A stretch of DNA of 64,000 bases from contig JBHGNT010000004.1 of assembly GCA_043228905.1 (NCBI GenBank), positions 8,928,001 through 8,992,000 of the forward strand. The letters are read 5' to 3'. The stretch comes from Azolla caroliniana (Eukaryota; Plantae; Polypodiophyta). Each line of letters starts with the position of its first letter. The first letter of the stretch is position 1. The position numbers were made by a program, and so were the translations under genes. Below, one piece after another: positions 46,827 through 59,245 of the stretch. The notes under the pieces are model-generated. The model was not told where the DNA came from. It searched no databases and saw only the letters and a list, made by a program, of their open reading frames with translations.

Positions 46827-49800
46827 TGTAAACGATTACTTGTGGAAGCCTTAGAAAACAGAGAAGGTAGGGAATACACACAGTACACGAGAGAGACAGA
46901 GAGAGCAGAACTTCAAGGCTATATTCAAAAACAATAAAAACACTCTGTGTATACAACTATGCTCAGTAGCATTATTTATACAAGTCCTCGTGGGACTGAC
47001 AGAAGTACTGCGTACTTCAATGCTCACACGAGCATCTGACACTTACTCTGAGACTAGAATTGCCTAGTAGTCTACGCTAATACTAAGCTTCCGGTTATTG
47101 ATTGGATCCGGTTAACCAGCTCCCCAGCTCACCGGCCCTGTTGCTTGCAAGCTCGGTTGCTTACAGCTTACCGATCTATCTCGCTTGCTGGCTCAGGCTT
47201 ATTCAGTCGATCCGGCTCCAGTTGAGGTTGCCGCTCAACACTCCCCCTCAAGCTCAACTTGAGGTTGGATCTTAGTGTCAGTCTCTGTAGCAGCCGGTTC
47301 TTCCAACCGACCTCTCCTGGCGTCGCTTCGCCTTGCTCGCGCTCCTCGTCCGGTCTGGTTTTGTTTGCCGCGACCCCTCTTGTTCTACGCGCCTCGACCT
47401 TCTCGGTCGGTATGTCTGCTCAATAGGCCCCTCTCAGCTCCTTCGTTGTTATGACTCCGGCGCTTATCGATCCGTCGGTTTCTCCGCGATGGCATCGACT
47501 TCCGCAGCATCCATGTCTGCTTGGCTTTGAATTGATCCAGTTCTATGGAATCTGTCTTTTGAACCGAATCGACTGTGTCCGATTCGTTCCAGCTCTTGTC
47601 CGAATCGGCTGCTCCCGATTCGTCTTCTTGTTCCAAGCCCTTCACCACATCGGACCATGTCCGGTTCTTGGCCTTCTTCCTTTGGTCGGCTCTGTCCTTC
47701 TTGACTCTGCCACCTTCTGTTCTTCCCTCACCGGCGCAATCGGCAGTCTCTTTGCCTTTGCCCGTTCCGGTGTCTCTGCCCGTTCTCCCCCTCAAGTGTG
47801 GCACGTCGAGATGCTAAACACCAAGCATGTCGGTAAAGTGCTGCAACTTGTCCGATCCGAGTGGCTTGGTGAAGATGTCAACAACTTGCCGATCCGTGTG
47901 AACATACCGTAGTTCAACTTCACCGCTCATGACCCGCTCACGCACAAAGTGATAATGCACTTCTATGTGCTTCGTGCGAGCATGGAACACAGGGTTCTTG
48001 GTGAGTTGTATGCTGCTTATGTTGTCGCAGTAGACCAGAATCGGGGTCGGTACTTCAATCCATAAGTCTTGCAGCAGTCGCCGAAGCCAAATGGCTTCAC
48101 AAGTGGCAATGGTAGCGTCCCGATACTCAGCCTCAGTGCTTGACAGAGCAACTATTGGCTGCTTTTTGCTGCTCCATGCAACAGCTGCACTACCTAGGTA
48201 AAACATGTAACCAGAGGTTGATCGGCGATCTGATGCATCTCCGGCCCAGTCGGCATCCGTGTAACCAACGAGCTCTTCGGTTATACCTCGCCGGTATAAC
48301 AGTCCCCGGTCCTTCGTGCCGCTTACATATCACAATATCCGTTGCGCGCACTGAAGGTGCTCCACGGTCGGCTTCTGCATGAACTGACTTATCATCTCGA
48401 CCGGATAGCTGATGTCAGGGCGTGTGATAGTCAGGTAAATAAGGCTTTCAACAATTTGTCGAAACCGTTTCTTGTTGTAGGCCGGACCGGAGCTGGGACG
48501 GAGCTTATGGTTCCGATCCAAGGGTGTGGAGACAGGTCAGCATTCTATCATGCCGAACTTGTACAGCATATTCAAGACGTAATGTCGTTGTGAGAGTAAT
48601 ATGTCGTCAGGGGTTCGGATCACCTCGATCCCAAGAAAATAATGAAGGTCCCCCAGGTCCTTCATCTCAAATACGTCCGTCAACAGGGACTTGACGCGGC
48701 TGATTTCTGGAACACCCGATCCGGTGATGACTAGATCATCAACATACAGCAGTATACATACCGGGCCGGTTGAGCCTTTGCCGGATGAACAACGAAGAGT
48801 CTGATTTGGCGGCCACAAACCCCATCTTACGCAACCGGCGCGTGATCTTCGCATTCCAAGCTCGAGGGTCTTGCTTCAGGCCGTACAACGACTTCTTCAG
48901 TCGGCATACCGCCAACTTGTTCATCTCCTATTGAAATCCGAGGGGCTAAGTCATAAAGACTTCTTCTTCAAGATCACCCTGAAGAAACACATTCTTCACA
49001 TCCATCTAGTGAAGATGTCACCCCTTTGTTGCAGCAACCGCCAGCACCACACGAACCATCGTCATCTTCGCTACCGGAGCAAAGGTCTCGTCGTAGTCGA
49101 TTCCGTGGGTCTACGTGTATCCCTTCGCCACTAACCGGGCTTTATACCGGTTAACAGAACCGTCGGCGTTGTACTTTACCTTGTATATCCACTTGCATCT
49201 AATCGGTTTACAGTGACGAGGAGGATCAACCAGGTCCCATGTCTTGTTGACATCAAGTGCCCGCATTTCTTCCTCCATAGCGGCACGCCAATTGGTGTCC
49301 TTGGCCACTTCTACGTAGCTCTCCAGCTCACGCACTTCCGCCACCTTAGTCATGTACGCATAGTGATGCTCCATGTACTCATTGTACCCGTACCGCTTGA
49401 CGGGATCCTTCTGGCGGGTGGACCGACGTAACTCACTGTTACCCGGTTTTAGGCCCTTCTTGGCCGGTTCGATCTTCATTGCTGAAGAGCCGCCTTTCTC
49501 CTTGTCGGAGTCGGATGCACACTGATCCAACTCATCATTGCCGGTTTCGAATTCCGGCATCTTCTTCTTCCCCTTCTCTTTGCGCGTGAATCGTCGCCTC
49601 GGTTCCTTGCGCGGGGAGTGCACAGCAGAGTCTCCACTACTCGCCAGTTCCTCATCGAACTGGTCAGATTGACTCAGTCTCTCGTTTGGCCCGCTCAACT
49701 GGAACGATTCCGGACTCTCATCCTGAGTCCACACTTCATCATCCTCTACTTGGGCCGGTTCAGGCTCAATAGCCTCATCCACCGGCACCAGGTCGGATTC

Positions 49801-52592
49801 GGAAGTCGGAGCCGGTAAGGAGTACCACGATGCCGATTCATCGAACTCAACATCTCGACTAACTCGGACCTACTTTTTCTGGGGGTTATAACACTTATAA
49901 CCCTTCTGCTCTTGAGCATAGCTGACTAGGATGCATTTTTCCGATTTTGCATCCAGCTTCCTCCGCTTCTCATCCGGTACATGCACAAATGCAATGCTAC
50001 CGAAGATCTTAAGGTGTCTCAAATTCGGCTTCCAACCGAAATACAGCTCGTGAGCTGACACCTTGTCACCGATCCGGTTCTGGATGTAGACAGTCGTTCG
50101 GACTGCCTCCGCCCAATAGAATTTGGGCATACTCTTCTCCTCCAGCATTGCCCTTGCCGCATCGATAAGCGATCGGTTCTTCCTCTCGGCAACACCGTTC
50201 TGTTGCGGTGTGTATCTGCAGCTGAACTCTCGCCGAATTCCCGTTTGCTGCAGATAACTGTTGAATTGGCCGGAAAAGTATTCTTTCCCGCCATCCGACC
50301 GCAAGCATTTGATCTTCCTCTCCGATTCCCGTTCCACTATGCTTTGGAGACTCCGGAAACACTCGAAGACTTCACTCTTACGCTCAATGAGGTAGATCCA
50401 TGTGTGCCACGTATAGTCGTCGATGAAGGAGACGAAATATCGACTCCCGCCAAGACTAACATTCTGTGTTGGTCCCCACACATCCGAATGGATAAGGTCG
50501 AGCTTGTTACGGCTCCGGTTACGTTCGGTGGGGAATGGAAGCCGGTGTTGCTTCCCGAGTTGGCAGGCTTCACATACTTGGGCCTTCCGGCCGCTAAACT
50601 TCGGCAAACCGAAAACAACTTGTTTCGTTTGCAGGTCTTGAAGCCTCCGGTAATTGACGTGGCCTATCCGCTTGTGCCACATGTCGATGTCCAATTCGAC
50701 CTTCTGTCCTTTTGCAAACAGAGTGGTGCTGACGTCATTGGTGTCGAGGATAAACATCCTCCCGTCTCTACGCCCTTACGCAATAATATGGCCCTCTTCC
50801 TCGATGAAGCATCCGAGGTGCGTAAACCGCACCTGCATCCCTTGGTCGACGATCTGTCCGATCGACACCAGGTTCTTCGTGATTGTTGGAATGTGTAATA
50901 CATTCATCAACTTCCCCTTCTGTCCGACGTGGCTCAAAGGGACTTCTCCGACGTGCACAATTGGGTGAGGAGTGTTGTCTCCAGTTTCGACTACTCCTGG
51001 TTGATCCGGTTTCTCCAAAAAGGAGAACCACTCTTTGTGGTTCGTCATATGGTTTGACGCACCGGAATCAACATACCACACTTCCTCCGATTTGGAAATG
51101 GTCTTCTTCATCGAGTTCGCCTCGTGCTTCATCACCTAGGATGGCCCGTTGCCGATCTTGGATCCTCCCGATCCCTTCGTGTAGTGCAAGCTTTGTCGGC
51201 CATCCTTGTCGTCCTTGCCGGATCCGGATTTGTCCGAATCGGCTCGTTTTCTCCAACACTCGCTTTCTCTGTGGCCCTTTTTGCCACAATACCAGCATTC
51301 TGTTGCTGACTTCTCTTGGCGTCTTCCGGTGTCGCCATGACTCCCCCTGCTTGTGGGAGTCCCAGAACCGCTGTCGGCACGTTCTCTATGCCTTCATTCT
51401 TTCTCTTGCCAGCCACCTCCATTGTGTGCCGACCCGCCTTGTCCACCATGCCCACGGGACCGATCCGCCTCCGTGTACAGCATCCGGTTGTCAGTGGGTG
51501 CACTAGTTGATGCACCGGCGTGGTTCTCCTCTACAAGGAGCATCGACTGTAAGTCAAAAAATGACGGCGTACTCTCCCTTGTACACATAGCCGTTCGGAA
51601 CGCTCTGAACTTAGATGCCAGGCCCCCAAGACATACCTGTACCATCTCATCTTCCTCTAGGGTAACGTTGATAGAGGCAAGCGAGTCACAGATCTCTTTT
51701 ATCCGGGCCGTGTAATCCGCCACCGACATGTCCTTCTGTCAAACATTGCTCAACTCCTGTCGGAGTTACAGCTTCCAGGTTGTAGTGCTCGCGGCAAAAA
51801 CCTTCTTCAAGTTCCCCCAAGCCTCCTTCGGCGTCTTGGCATTTCAGATGTGGCTCAACAGCTGGTCTCCGACACTGGACGCGAAGTAGTACATCACTTT
51901 GCTTGCCGATTGTTCCCACACTGGGAAATTCTTATGTGCCGCATCAGGTGTTGTTTCGTTGGCTCCTTTGACGAAACTCTAGTAGCCATGCCCAAGCAGG
52001 TATTGGTGCATCTTATACAACCAAGATGCATAGTTGGATCTGTCGAGTTTCTCCACAGGGAGCGAGTTAGCCATCCCTCTATCCATCACTTCTTTGTCTA
52101 CTGTTTTACGACCTGTTAGGGTTTGCTTTCAAGCGTTTGTCGGCTGCAGAGGTTCTCAGCCCTCGCGCTCTGATACCATGTAAACGATTACTTGCAGAAG
52201 TGTTAGAAAACAGAGAAGGTAGGGAATACACACAGTACACGGGAGAGACAGAGAGAGCAGAACTTCAAGGCTATATTCAAAAACAATAAAAACACTCTGT
52301 GTATACAACTATGCTCAGTAGCATTATTTATACAAGTCCTCGTGGGACTGACAGAAGTACCGCATACTTCAATGCTCACACGAGCATCTGACACTTACTA
52401 TGAGACTATAATTTCCTAGTAGTCTACGCTAATATTAGGCTTCCGGTTATTGATTGGATCTGGCTAACCGGCTCCCCAGCTCACCGGCCCTGTTACTTGT
52501 CGGCTCGGTTGCTCACAGCTTACCGATCCGTCTCGCTTGCTGGCTCATGCTTATTCAGCCGATCCGGCTCCAGTTGAGCTTGCCGCTCAACA
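46827..52592 (-). mobile_element. Full-length decayed copia-E element (414-bp LTRs 46827-47240 and 52179-52592)
   Basis: TSD GGTCA; PBS TGGTATCAGAGC 52167-52178; PPT 47241-47254; gag-PR-INT-RT-RH. LTRs differ at roughly 25 of 414 sites by manual count. Confidence 0.97.
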
Positions 52593-54075
52593 GGTCATAA
52601 TGATGTTCGGGTTAAAAACTACTCCAGCCACATTTCAAAGAGTCATACAGGAAATTTTTGCTGAGTACATTCCAACATTCATGCATGTCTACAGTCGGAA
52701 GTCAGAACATTTTGAACATTTGCAATTGTGTTTGGAACGATGTCGGAAAGGTCGGCTTAGCTTGAATCTGGCTAGCTACGCGTTCGGGGTTACCAGTAGA
52801 CCACTATTAGGGTACATTGTCAGTCAAGAAGGAATTGCAGTTGACCCAGACAAGGTCAAGGCGATATTAGATGCACCGGCACCAACCAATGTTGAGAGCC
52901 TTAGTCGATTTTTAGGGTAAATAAAATGGCATAGTTGGATGATCAAATATCTTGTTGATGTTGCCATTCCACTACATACAATAGTACATAAAACGCCTTT
53001 CCAATGGACGATTGTGGAGCAAGATGCATACGAATGTCTAAAGAAAATGCTCTCTAGAGTTCCGGTTATCCAACCACCTAATTGGAACAAACCATTTAAT
53101 GTGTTTGTCGATGCATCCAATGTAACAATCGGAAGCGCACTAATGCAGTTATCCGAACCAAGCTGGTACAGAGCAGTTTACTACGCTAGTCGGAAACTAT
53201 CCACAACTGAAAGGAATTATTCGACAACTGAAAGGGAAGCTTTGAGAATGATTTACAGTATCAACAAATTTCGACACTACCTTCTAGGGAACAAATTTAC
53301 ATTCCATGTGGATCACTCTACTTTACTATATTTGATATCCAAACAAGAATTAACCGGCAAACTGGCACGTTGGACGCTATTACTTCAGGAATTTGAATTC
53401 GACATTCTGCATAGGCCAGGTGTGCAACATGCCATCGCAAATTACCTTAACCGATTAGAGTCGGGAGAAGAGTGCATAGGAGTTAAAGGTGATTTTCCGA
53501 ATGGCCAACTCTTTCGAGTAGAGGCGGTACGAGTGCAGGAAATAAATGAGGAGATCGAGGATGCTTGGATTACAGAAATGACAATTTTTCTTATGATAGG
53601 GTTACCACCCAAGAATCTATCATCAGACGAAAGAAAACGGTTAGCAGTTCGCAGCCGGAATTTTTGTCTTTTAAATGACACCTTGTACCATAAAGGAGTT
53701 GATGGAATTTAGCAATGAGATGTATGACAATTTGAGAAAGAGATAATTCTTCGAGAATCTCACTATGGTATCGCAGGAGGGCACTATGCCGGCAAAACTA
53801 CTGCTCAGAAAATTTAGAACTGTGGGTTATGGTGGCCGACAGTTATGAGAGATTCAATCGAATATTGTCGGAAATGCGATTTATGTCAGAGAATGGGTCA
53901 ACCTACTGAAAAAGACAAGATGCCATTTCAACCCGTTTTGCCTTTGGAACCATTCCAGAAATGGGGATTAGACTTTGTCGGCCCATTTAAACCAGCAACA
54001 ATTCGAACAGGGAATCGATACATCATAGTAGCCACTAATTACTTCACTAAGTGGGTAGAGGGTAAACCTTTACGG

Positions 54076-55167
54076 TGTCATGAAGATTTTCGGCGATAGT
54101 GTGAAACTTGTAAGGAACATACGAAATCGAGCATGGTTCTTCTCACGAAATATAAAACAATAATAGTAAAGATACTATTTTAAATAAGTTTAATATCTTG
54201 GTACAAAAAGATGGAGGTCTTGAAGAGCTTTTGAATGTACTTTACTACGTAGGAAACGGACAATCTAAGTGTCAAGTTATGTGGGTATGAAGTTTGCAAA
54301 GAAGAAGAGGAAAATATGTGATATCCCACATAGATAGGACAAATACAGAACCCACCATATATAAGGCAGAGCAAAAGCTATTATCCTTGTGTCTATGTGT
54401 GGAGCATAGAAAGGTTAAGTTGTATGACTTAACGAATGGATATAGCCAAATGCATATGTTTTGGACGAATCCGGCGACAACGACCGACGACAGTGTCCGA
54501 CAGGATCCGGCATCTGACATCACTTGGCGACCGCGACCGATGGAGCCGATGAGATGACGACCAGACGGAGAAATGCCTTGTAAAAATACATTAATAATAA
54601 AAAACATATATATGTGTGTATATTCAAAAGGAGTGCAATTGAAGACTTGATCCTTGCACCTCCACATTGAAAGTCTATAAACTTACCACTAGGCTATGTC
54701 ATTTCTTTAGAAGTGTTTTCCCTATCATTATAATTTTACATGTAAATTCTTATATTAGAGCTTAATTGAGTGAGATGTGATGCATGAGCGCCAAATGGCA
54801 AACATGCATCACATTCATTCCATGCATTGTATGCATGTCTTGTACCCTCACATGCATCATATGCATGGGTGTGTCTATAAAAGGATGGATGAAAAGGATC
54901 AAAGGAATGTTATGTTTTGATTCAAAAATTTAAGAAGAAGAAAATTTCGTTCTCCAATTGATGATATATCTTGTCTCTCGGATCTAAAGTTAAAAGTTCG
55001 ATCTTATCTCTCTCACTCTCTATCTCTCTCTCGCCATCTCAATCTCTCTCCCTCAAACTATCTTAAATCCTTTCTCGCTAAAGCTAGTGGGTGCTTTGAG
55101 TCCTTCCGGTCCAGAACCTCGACGGTTCTGCCTCATGATCCGCACATAGAGACAGATCTTCACAACA
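54076..55167 (+). mobile_element. Solo LTR of the gypsy-D lineage inside gypsy-C integrase; box B 54643-54653 and box A 54686-54696 on the - strand
   Basis: TGTCATGAAGATTTTCGG...ATCTTCACAACA; TSD ACGG/ACGA; removing it restores KPLRDN. Confidence 0.9.
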
Positions 55168-56123
55168 ACGAGATAACATGGCAGCGTCGACAGCAAAATT
55201 TCTATACGAAAGTATATGGTGCCGATATGGGTGTCCAATTGAATTGGTAAGTGGCCAAGGTACACATTTTATTAATAAAATTGTACATGAATTATCCACA
55301 TATTATGCAGTGGTTCATAAGAAAAGTACTCCTTATTACCTTCAAGCAAATGGCTTAGCGAAGTCGACAAATAAAACGCTACAAATGATACTCAAGAAAA
55401 TAGTCAATGAAAATCGTATAGATTGGGATCAGAAACTGAATAGTGCCTTATGGGCATATAGGACTTCATATAAGACTTCTATAAAATCAACACTCTGAAT
55501 TCAAGCAACAGAAAGGTTAGATGAGCTACAATCGGAACAAATTCGGAAAGAAGAATTACTGCTATTAGAGGAAAGTCAGATACAAGCTATGATACATTTA
55601 GAGCACAAGCAATGACAAACGAAAGCATTTTTTGACCTTCACCGTCAACATGCAAAGAAACAGTTCGCAATCGGAAAACTGATGTTAGTGTTTCAAATAA
55701 AAATGGGGTCTATGCCCGAGAAGCTTTGATTTCGATAGACGGGACCATTCTGGATTATTAATAGCAAAAATGGTACGTACCAAGTCGGAGCCCTGTCCGG
55801 GGACATTCTCCTGAAATGGGTAAATGGTTTTCAGCTTAAACCCTATCACGGGTCAATACTGGAGAACCCCTTTCATGCAACATCCTCCGCAACAAGACGT
55901 GGTAGATGTCACAGACACACACACAATATATATATATATATAGATAGATATATCTTGGCAAAAAGTAATTGTTAGAAAACGAAATCTTGGGGAAGTCTTT
56001 GTCACACTATAAGTAAACTGGTGGTAATAATGCATGCACACATTACAAGAGTAGTGGAGCCATTATTACTATTTTTGGACTATTACTTACATTAATAGTA
56101 GCTTTCTCTATTCCCTAGGCATC

Positions 56124-58721
56124 ATGCAACGATTCATTTCCTTAAAACCTATTTCTTCAACTTCTGTGTCACCACAAAAACAGAAGCGTATTCGTGATGT
56201 AAAGTTTTCTGCTCTTCCCCGCCATAGCCTAAAGCTTTCTTCACAAAACTCCAACCTCTCTCTCGAAGACAAAATAATGCCAATCCTTGTTTCTGATAAC
56301 CTGTGCCAGTGGCTCGTGAACAAGAATCTGTAGGGTTTCATCAAGGTTGCAGAGGCAGAGCCCCACCCTCGTGCTGCATAACTTCTGCATCAAATCGATG
56401 TCTCCAAAATTATGAACAAACAGGTACACCGAGTATTGGAATTAAAATGAGAAGGCTTTGATGATTTCCAAAAAATGGACAAGGACATGCAAAAGTCGTA
56501 TTTCGGAGAATATTCTCCCTCGGCCAAAGCTTTTCAAACACAAGGAGGGGAGGACGAATTTTTTCATGAAGTGGCCAAATGTTTGTTAGAAGTGGGATTT
56601 GTTAGTCCCCGATTTTACTGCATGCCCAAAAAGAGAGTCGACTTCATAATTGCCACGTATGAGGGCGAAATTTTTGACTGGGGGTTGCTGTCAACAGAAG
56701 CTCTATGGGAGCAACTGTATGGGGTGCAAAAAGGGAAACCAATGAAGCCGATCTTTGCTCGCTGGTTGTCGGTGCTTTTTCCGACATAGAGATCGGAAAA
56801 CCGACAAGAAGAATAGGGCCACCACGGCCACAACCAGCTTCCTGACCCCAATGACAAGTACAACATGAGGAGTGGCAAGAAGCAGAATCGACGCAGGTCG
56901 ATGCCACTCAACCAGAACCCGAACCACAACAACCGGTACCCTCACCAATTCCCAAGTCGACACAAAATCCCCAACCCGACTCTGTACCTGTCCCACAACC
57001 ACCCCAACCTAATCAAGAATCGGCACCTGTTGAACCTGACCAACCAATGCAACAACAACGTCAAGTAAAGGAAAGGGCTCAACGCTTTCCGTAGGCTCAA
57101 CAAGAGGAACCTGCACAAAAAAAAGGAGAGAAAAGAGGAACAAGCTATGCAGCCCACACAAGTACCTTGTGTCAATCCAAACGACACAACCAGAATCCAG
57201 AAAGGTCAGTCATCAGTAACAACGGTGTGAGAAGCAACTGCATTCTCCGACATCCCCCTAGCACCACACAAACTTGCTGTCATTCTACAATTTGGCACTT
57301 CTTATGAATTAGTAGAGTGGTTGGCCCGTAGATTACAGGAGCTGTTGGAGCGAATGGCACTGGAGCACCGGGATCAGATAATGATCCAGAAATCATTAAG
57401 TGGAGTTGTTGACATGAGAAAAATAAGGGAGAAGTCATCCAGATGCCACCATTGCATGAGGCTCTAGTAGAGGTACATAGAGAATATGAAAAGGCAAGCC
57501 GAGCAGCCAAGGATATGGCTGATTTGTATAAAAAGGCAACGGCAGCATCGGAAATTTTGAATGCTCAATGCACAAATAAGCAAGCCGAAAACCAGCAGTT
57601 GTTAAAACGACTTCAATAGACAAAAGAACAACTGTAGAAAACAAAGGAAGAATTGTTGTAGCAGACTTCATCAAGCAGCCCCTTAGAGTCTGATCCAGAC
57701 CCGCAACAAAAATTACAACAGGCAGAAGCCAGAGCTGAGAAAGTCGAAACCCGATCAAAGAAAATAAAGGATCGGTTACAATTAACAAAAACGGAAGTCG
57801 GCAAATGGCTAGATGCCAAGGACAATTTGATAAAAAGGTTGTGCCGACAATTAGCACAACAACAGGAAACCACGCACCAACAAGCAGAACGGGTCGAAGA
57901 GCTCGAAGAGTATGTCAAGGTTCAAGAGGAATACTACGCAGAATAGCTGGTGGAAAAGGAAACTCTGCTCACTCAACTGAATGAGAAATATGCTCGAGAG
58001 CAAGAGGAATGGGCATCCACATAATCAAATTTAGAACAGCGGTGTGCAAACCTGGAAGCCATCCGAGCAACGGCAACTCGACTTGTTAGTCGCTCAAGCA
58101 CGATTGATGCAAGTAGAGGGTGCAACCAATGCACAGATCACTGATTTACGGAAGGCATTGGCAGAAGCACAATTCTGGATGAGTATGGGCGGGGAAAAAA
58201 TACGCACAATACTGAAACGCCACAAACTCAAAACCTTAGAAATGGTAACCGAGTCAATGGATAAGGGCTGGAAGACCTGGTCGGCACAAGCAACATAACT
58301 TCAACTTCTACGAGCCGACAGGGACAACCGGAAGGCACAAGGACAAGGCTTTTTCAAAATGTCGAAAGAAGCAATATCAATTGTTCAAGAAGATATTGCT
58401 AAAGATTTGTATGACATGGCAGCTTGTCACTGCGAAGAAATTAGTCGACTCATGCAAGAATTCGATAAACATGACATCGACACAGTTGTTCAGTTGGACG
58501 CCTTTGAAGGTGAAAGACAAAGCCAAATTTCAGGGCTCGGTGCACCAGAGCCAGTTGCACCACCACTACCACGACCATCGACCGACGATACACAACAACC
58601 TGTAGATTCAAACGACGACGATAAGGAGAGCCAACAACACGAACCTTCCCTGTTTGATATTTTGCAGGACGGCGCTGAAGATGAATTGGACGAGGACCTT
58701 CCTCCCGACCAACCAGCATAG
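56124..58721 (+). pseudogene. Decayed extra ORF of gypsy-C downstream of integrase (globular N-terminus, P/Q/E-rich linker, coiled coil, acidic tail)
   Basis: Sense ORF pieces 56124-56333, 56475-56789, 58044-58298 and 58359-58721, with E/Q/K-rich coding-like sequence between them. Confidence 0.6.
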
Positions 58722-58730
58722 AAGGGTATC

Positions 58731-58770
58731 GTGGGTTTGTCGCGCAAGGCCCTGGTCCACGAGCGTGCCA
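58731..58770 (+). other. tRNA-3'-end mimic (inverted PBS) at the PPT position of gypsy-C
   Basis: GTGGGTTT...GTCCACGAGCGTGCCA-ag-TGTTACCC; no purine tract adjacent to the 3' LTR. Confidence 0.8.
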
Positions 58771-59245
58771 AGTGTTACCCAGACAAAGGGGCGGACGGAT
58801 ATAATGGGGAAGCGTCGGAGTCGGAGGTTCAGAATCAAAGTCGAAGTCGGATAGAGGAATAGGATCGATGAGTCATCATTTTGCCGAATAATAGTTAATA
58901 CTGAAAATTATAGTTAGTTACAAGTTTTGTAGTTCTTGCCGATAGGGCAATATGTATTTCTTGATGAGGAAGTCCTTCAAGATTTCCTATAAAAAGGAAC
59001 CGAAGGCATTGTAAAATCTATCGTTTTACTTTTAGTAATATAAGTTTAGTTGTAGGAAATCTCGGTTTGCAACTGTTTATTTTCCGTCAATCTATCCTAC
59101 TATAATTGTATTACGTAAGTAACGATCTCGATGTTGGCGTAACATCGATAAGATTATAGTAACTTAGTATCTATTCGCACAACCACAATTCTTTGATAGA
59201 ACGTTCAGTATGAAATGTTCGAACTCCGCTGTGTGTCAGCCGAAC

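Larger units (their letters stand above)
35091..59245 (+). mobile_element. Large decayed gypsy-C element (non-chromovirus, Athila/Tat-related) hosting several nested insertions
   Basis: 5' LTR 35091-35474 plus 40154 to ~40270; degenerate PBS TGGGATGCCTGGTTACA at 40282; gag 40535-41007 and 44501-45300; PR ~45650; RT 46330-46826 and 52593-52920; RH 52939-53460; INT 53700-54075 and 55168-55880; extra ORF; 3' LTR 58773-59245, interrupted by copia-E. Confidence 0.92.
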
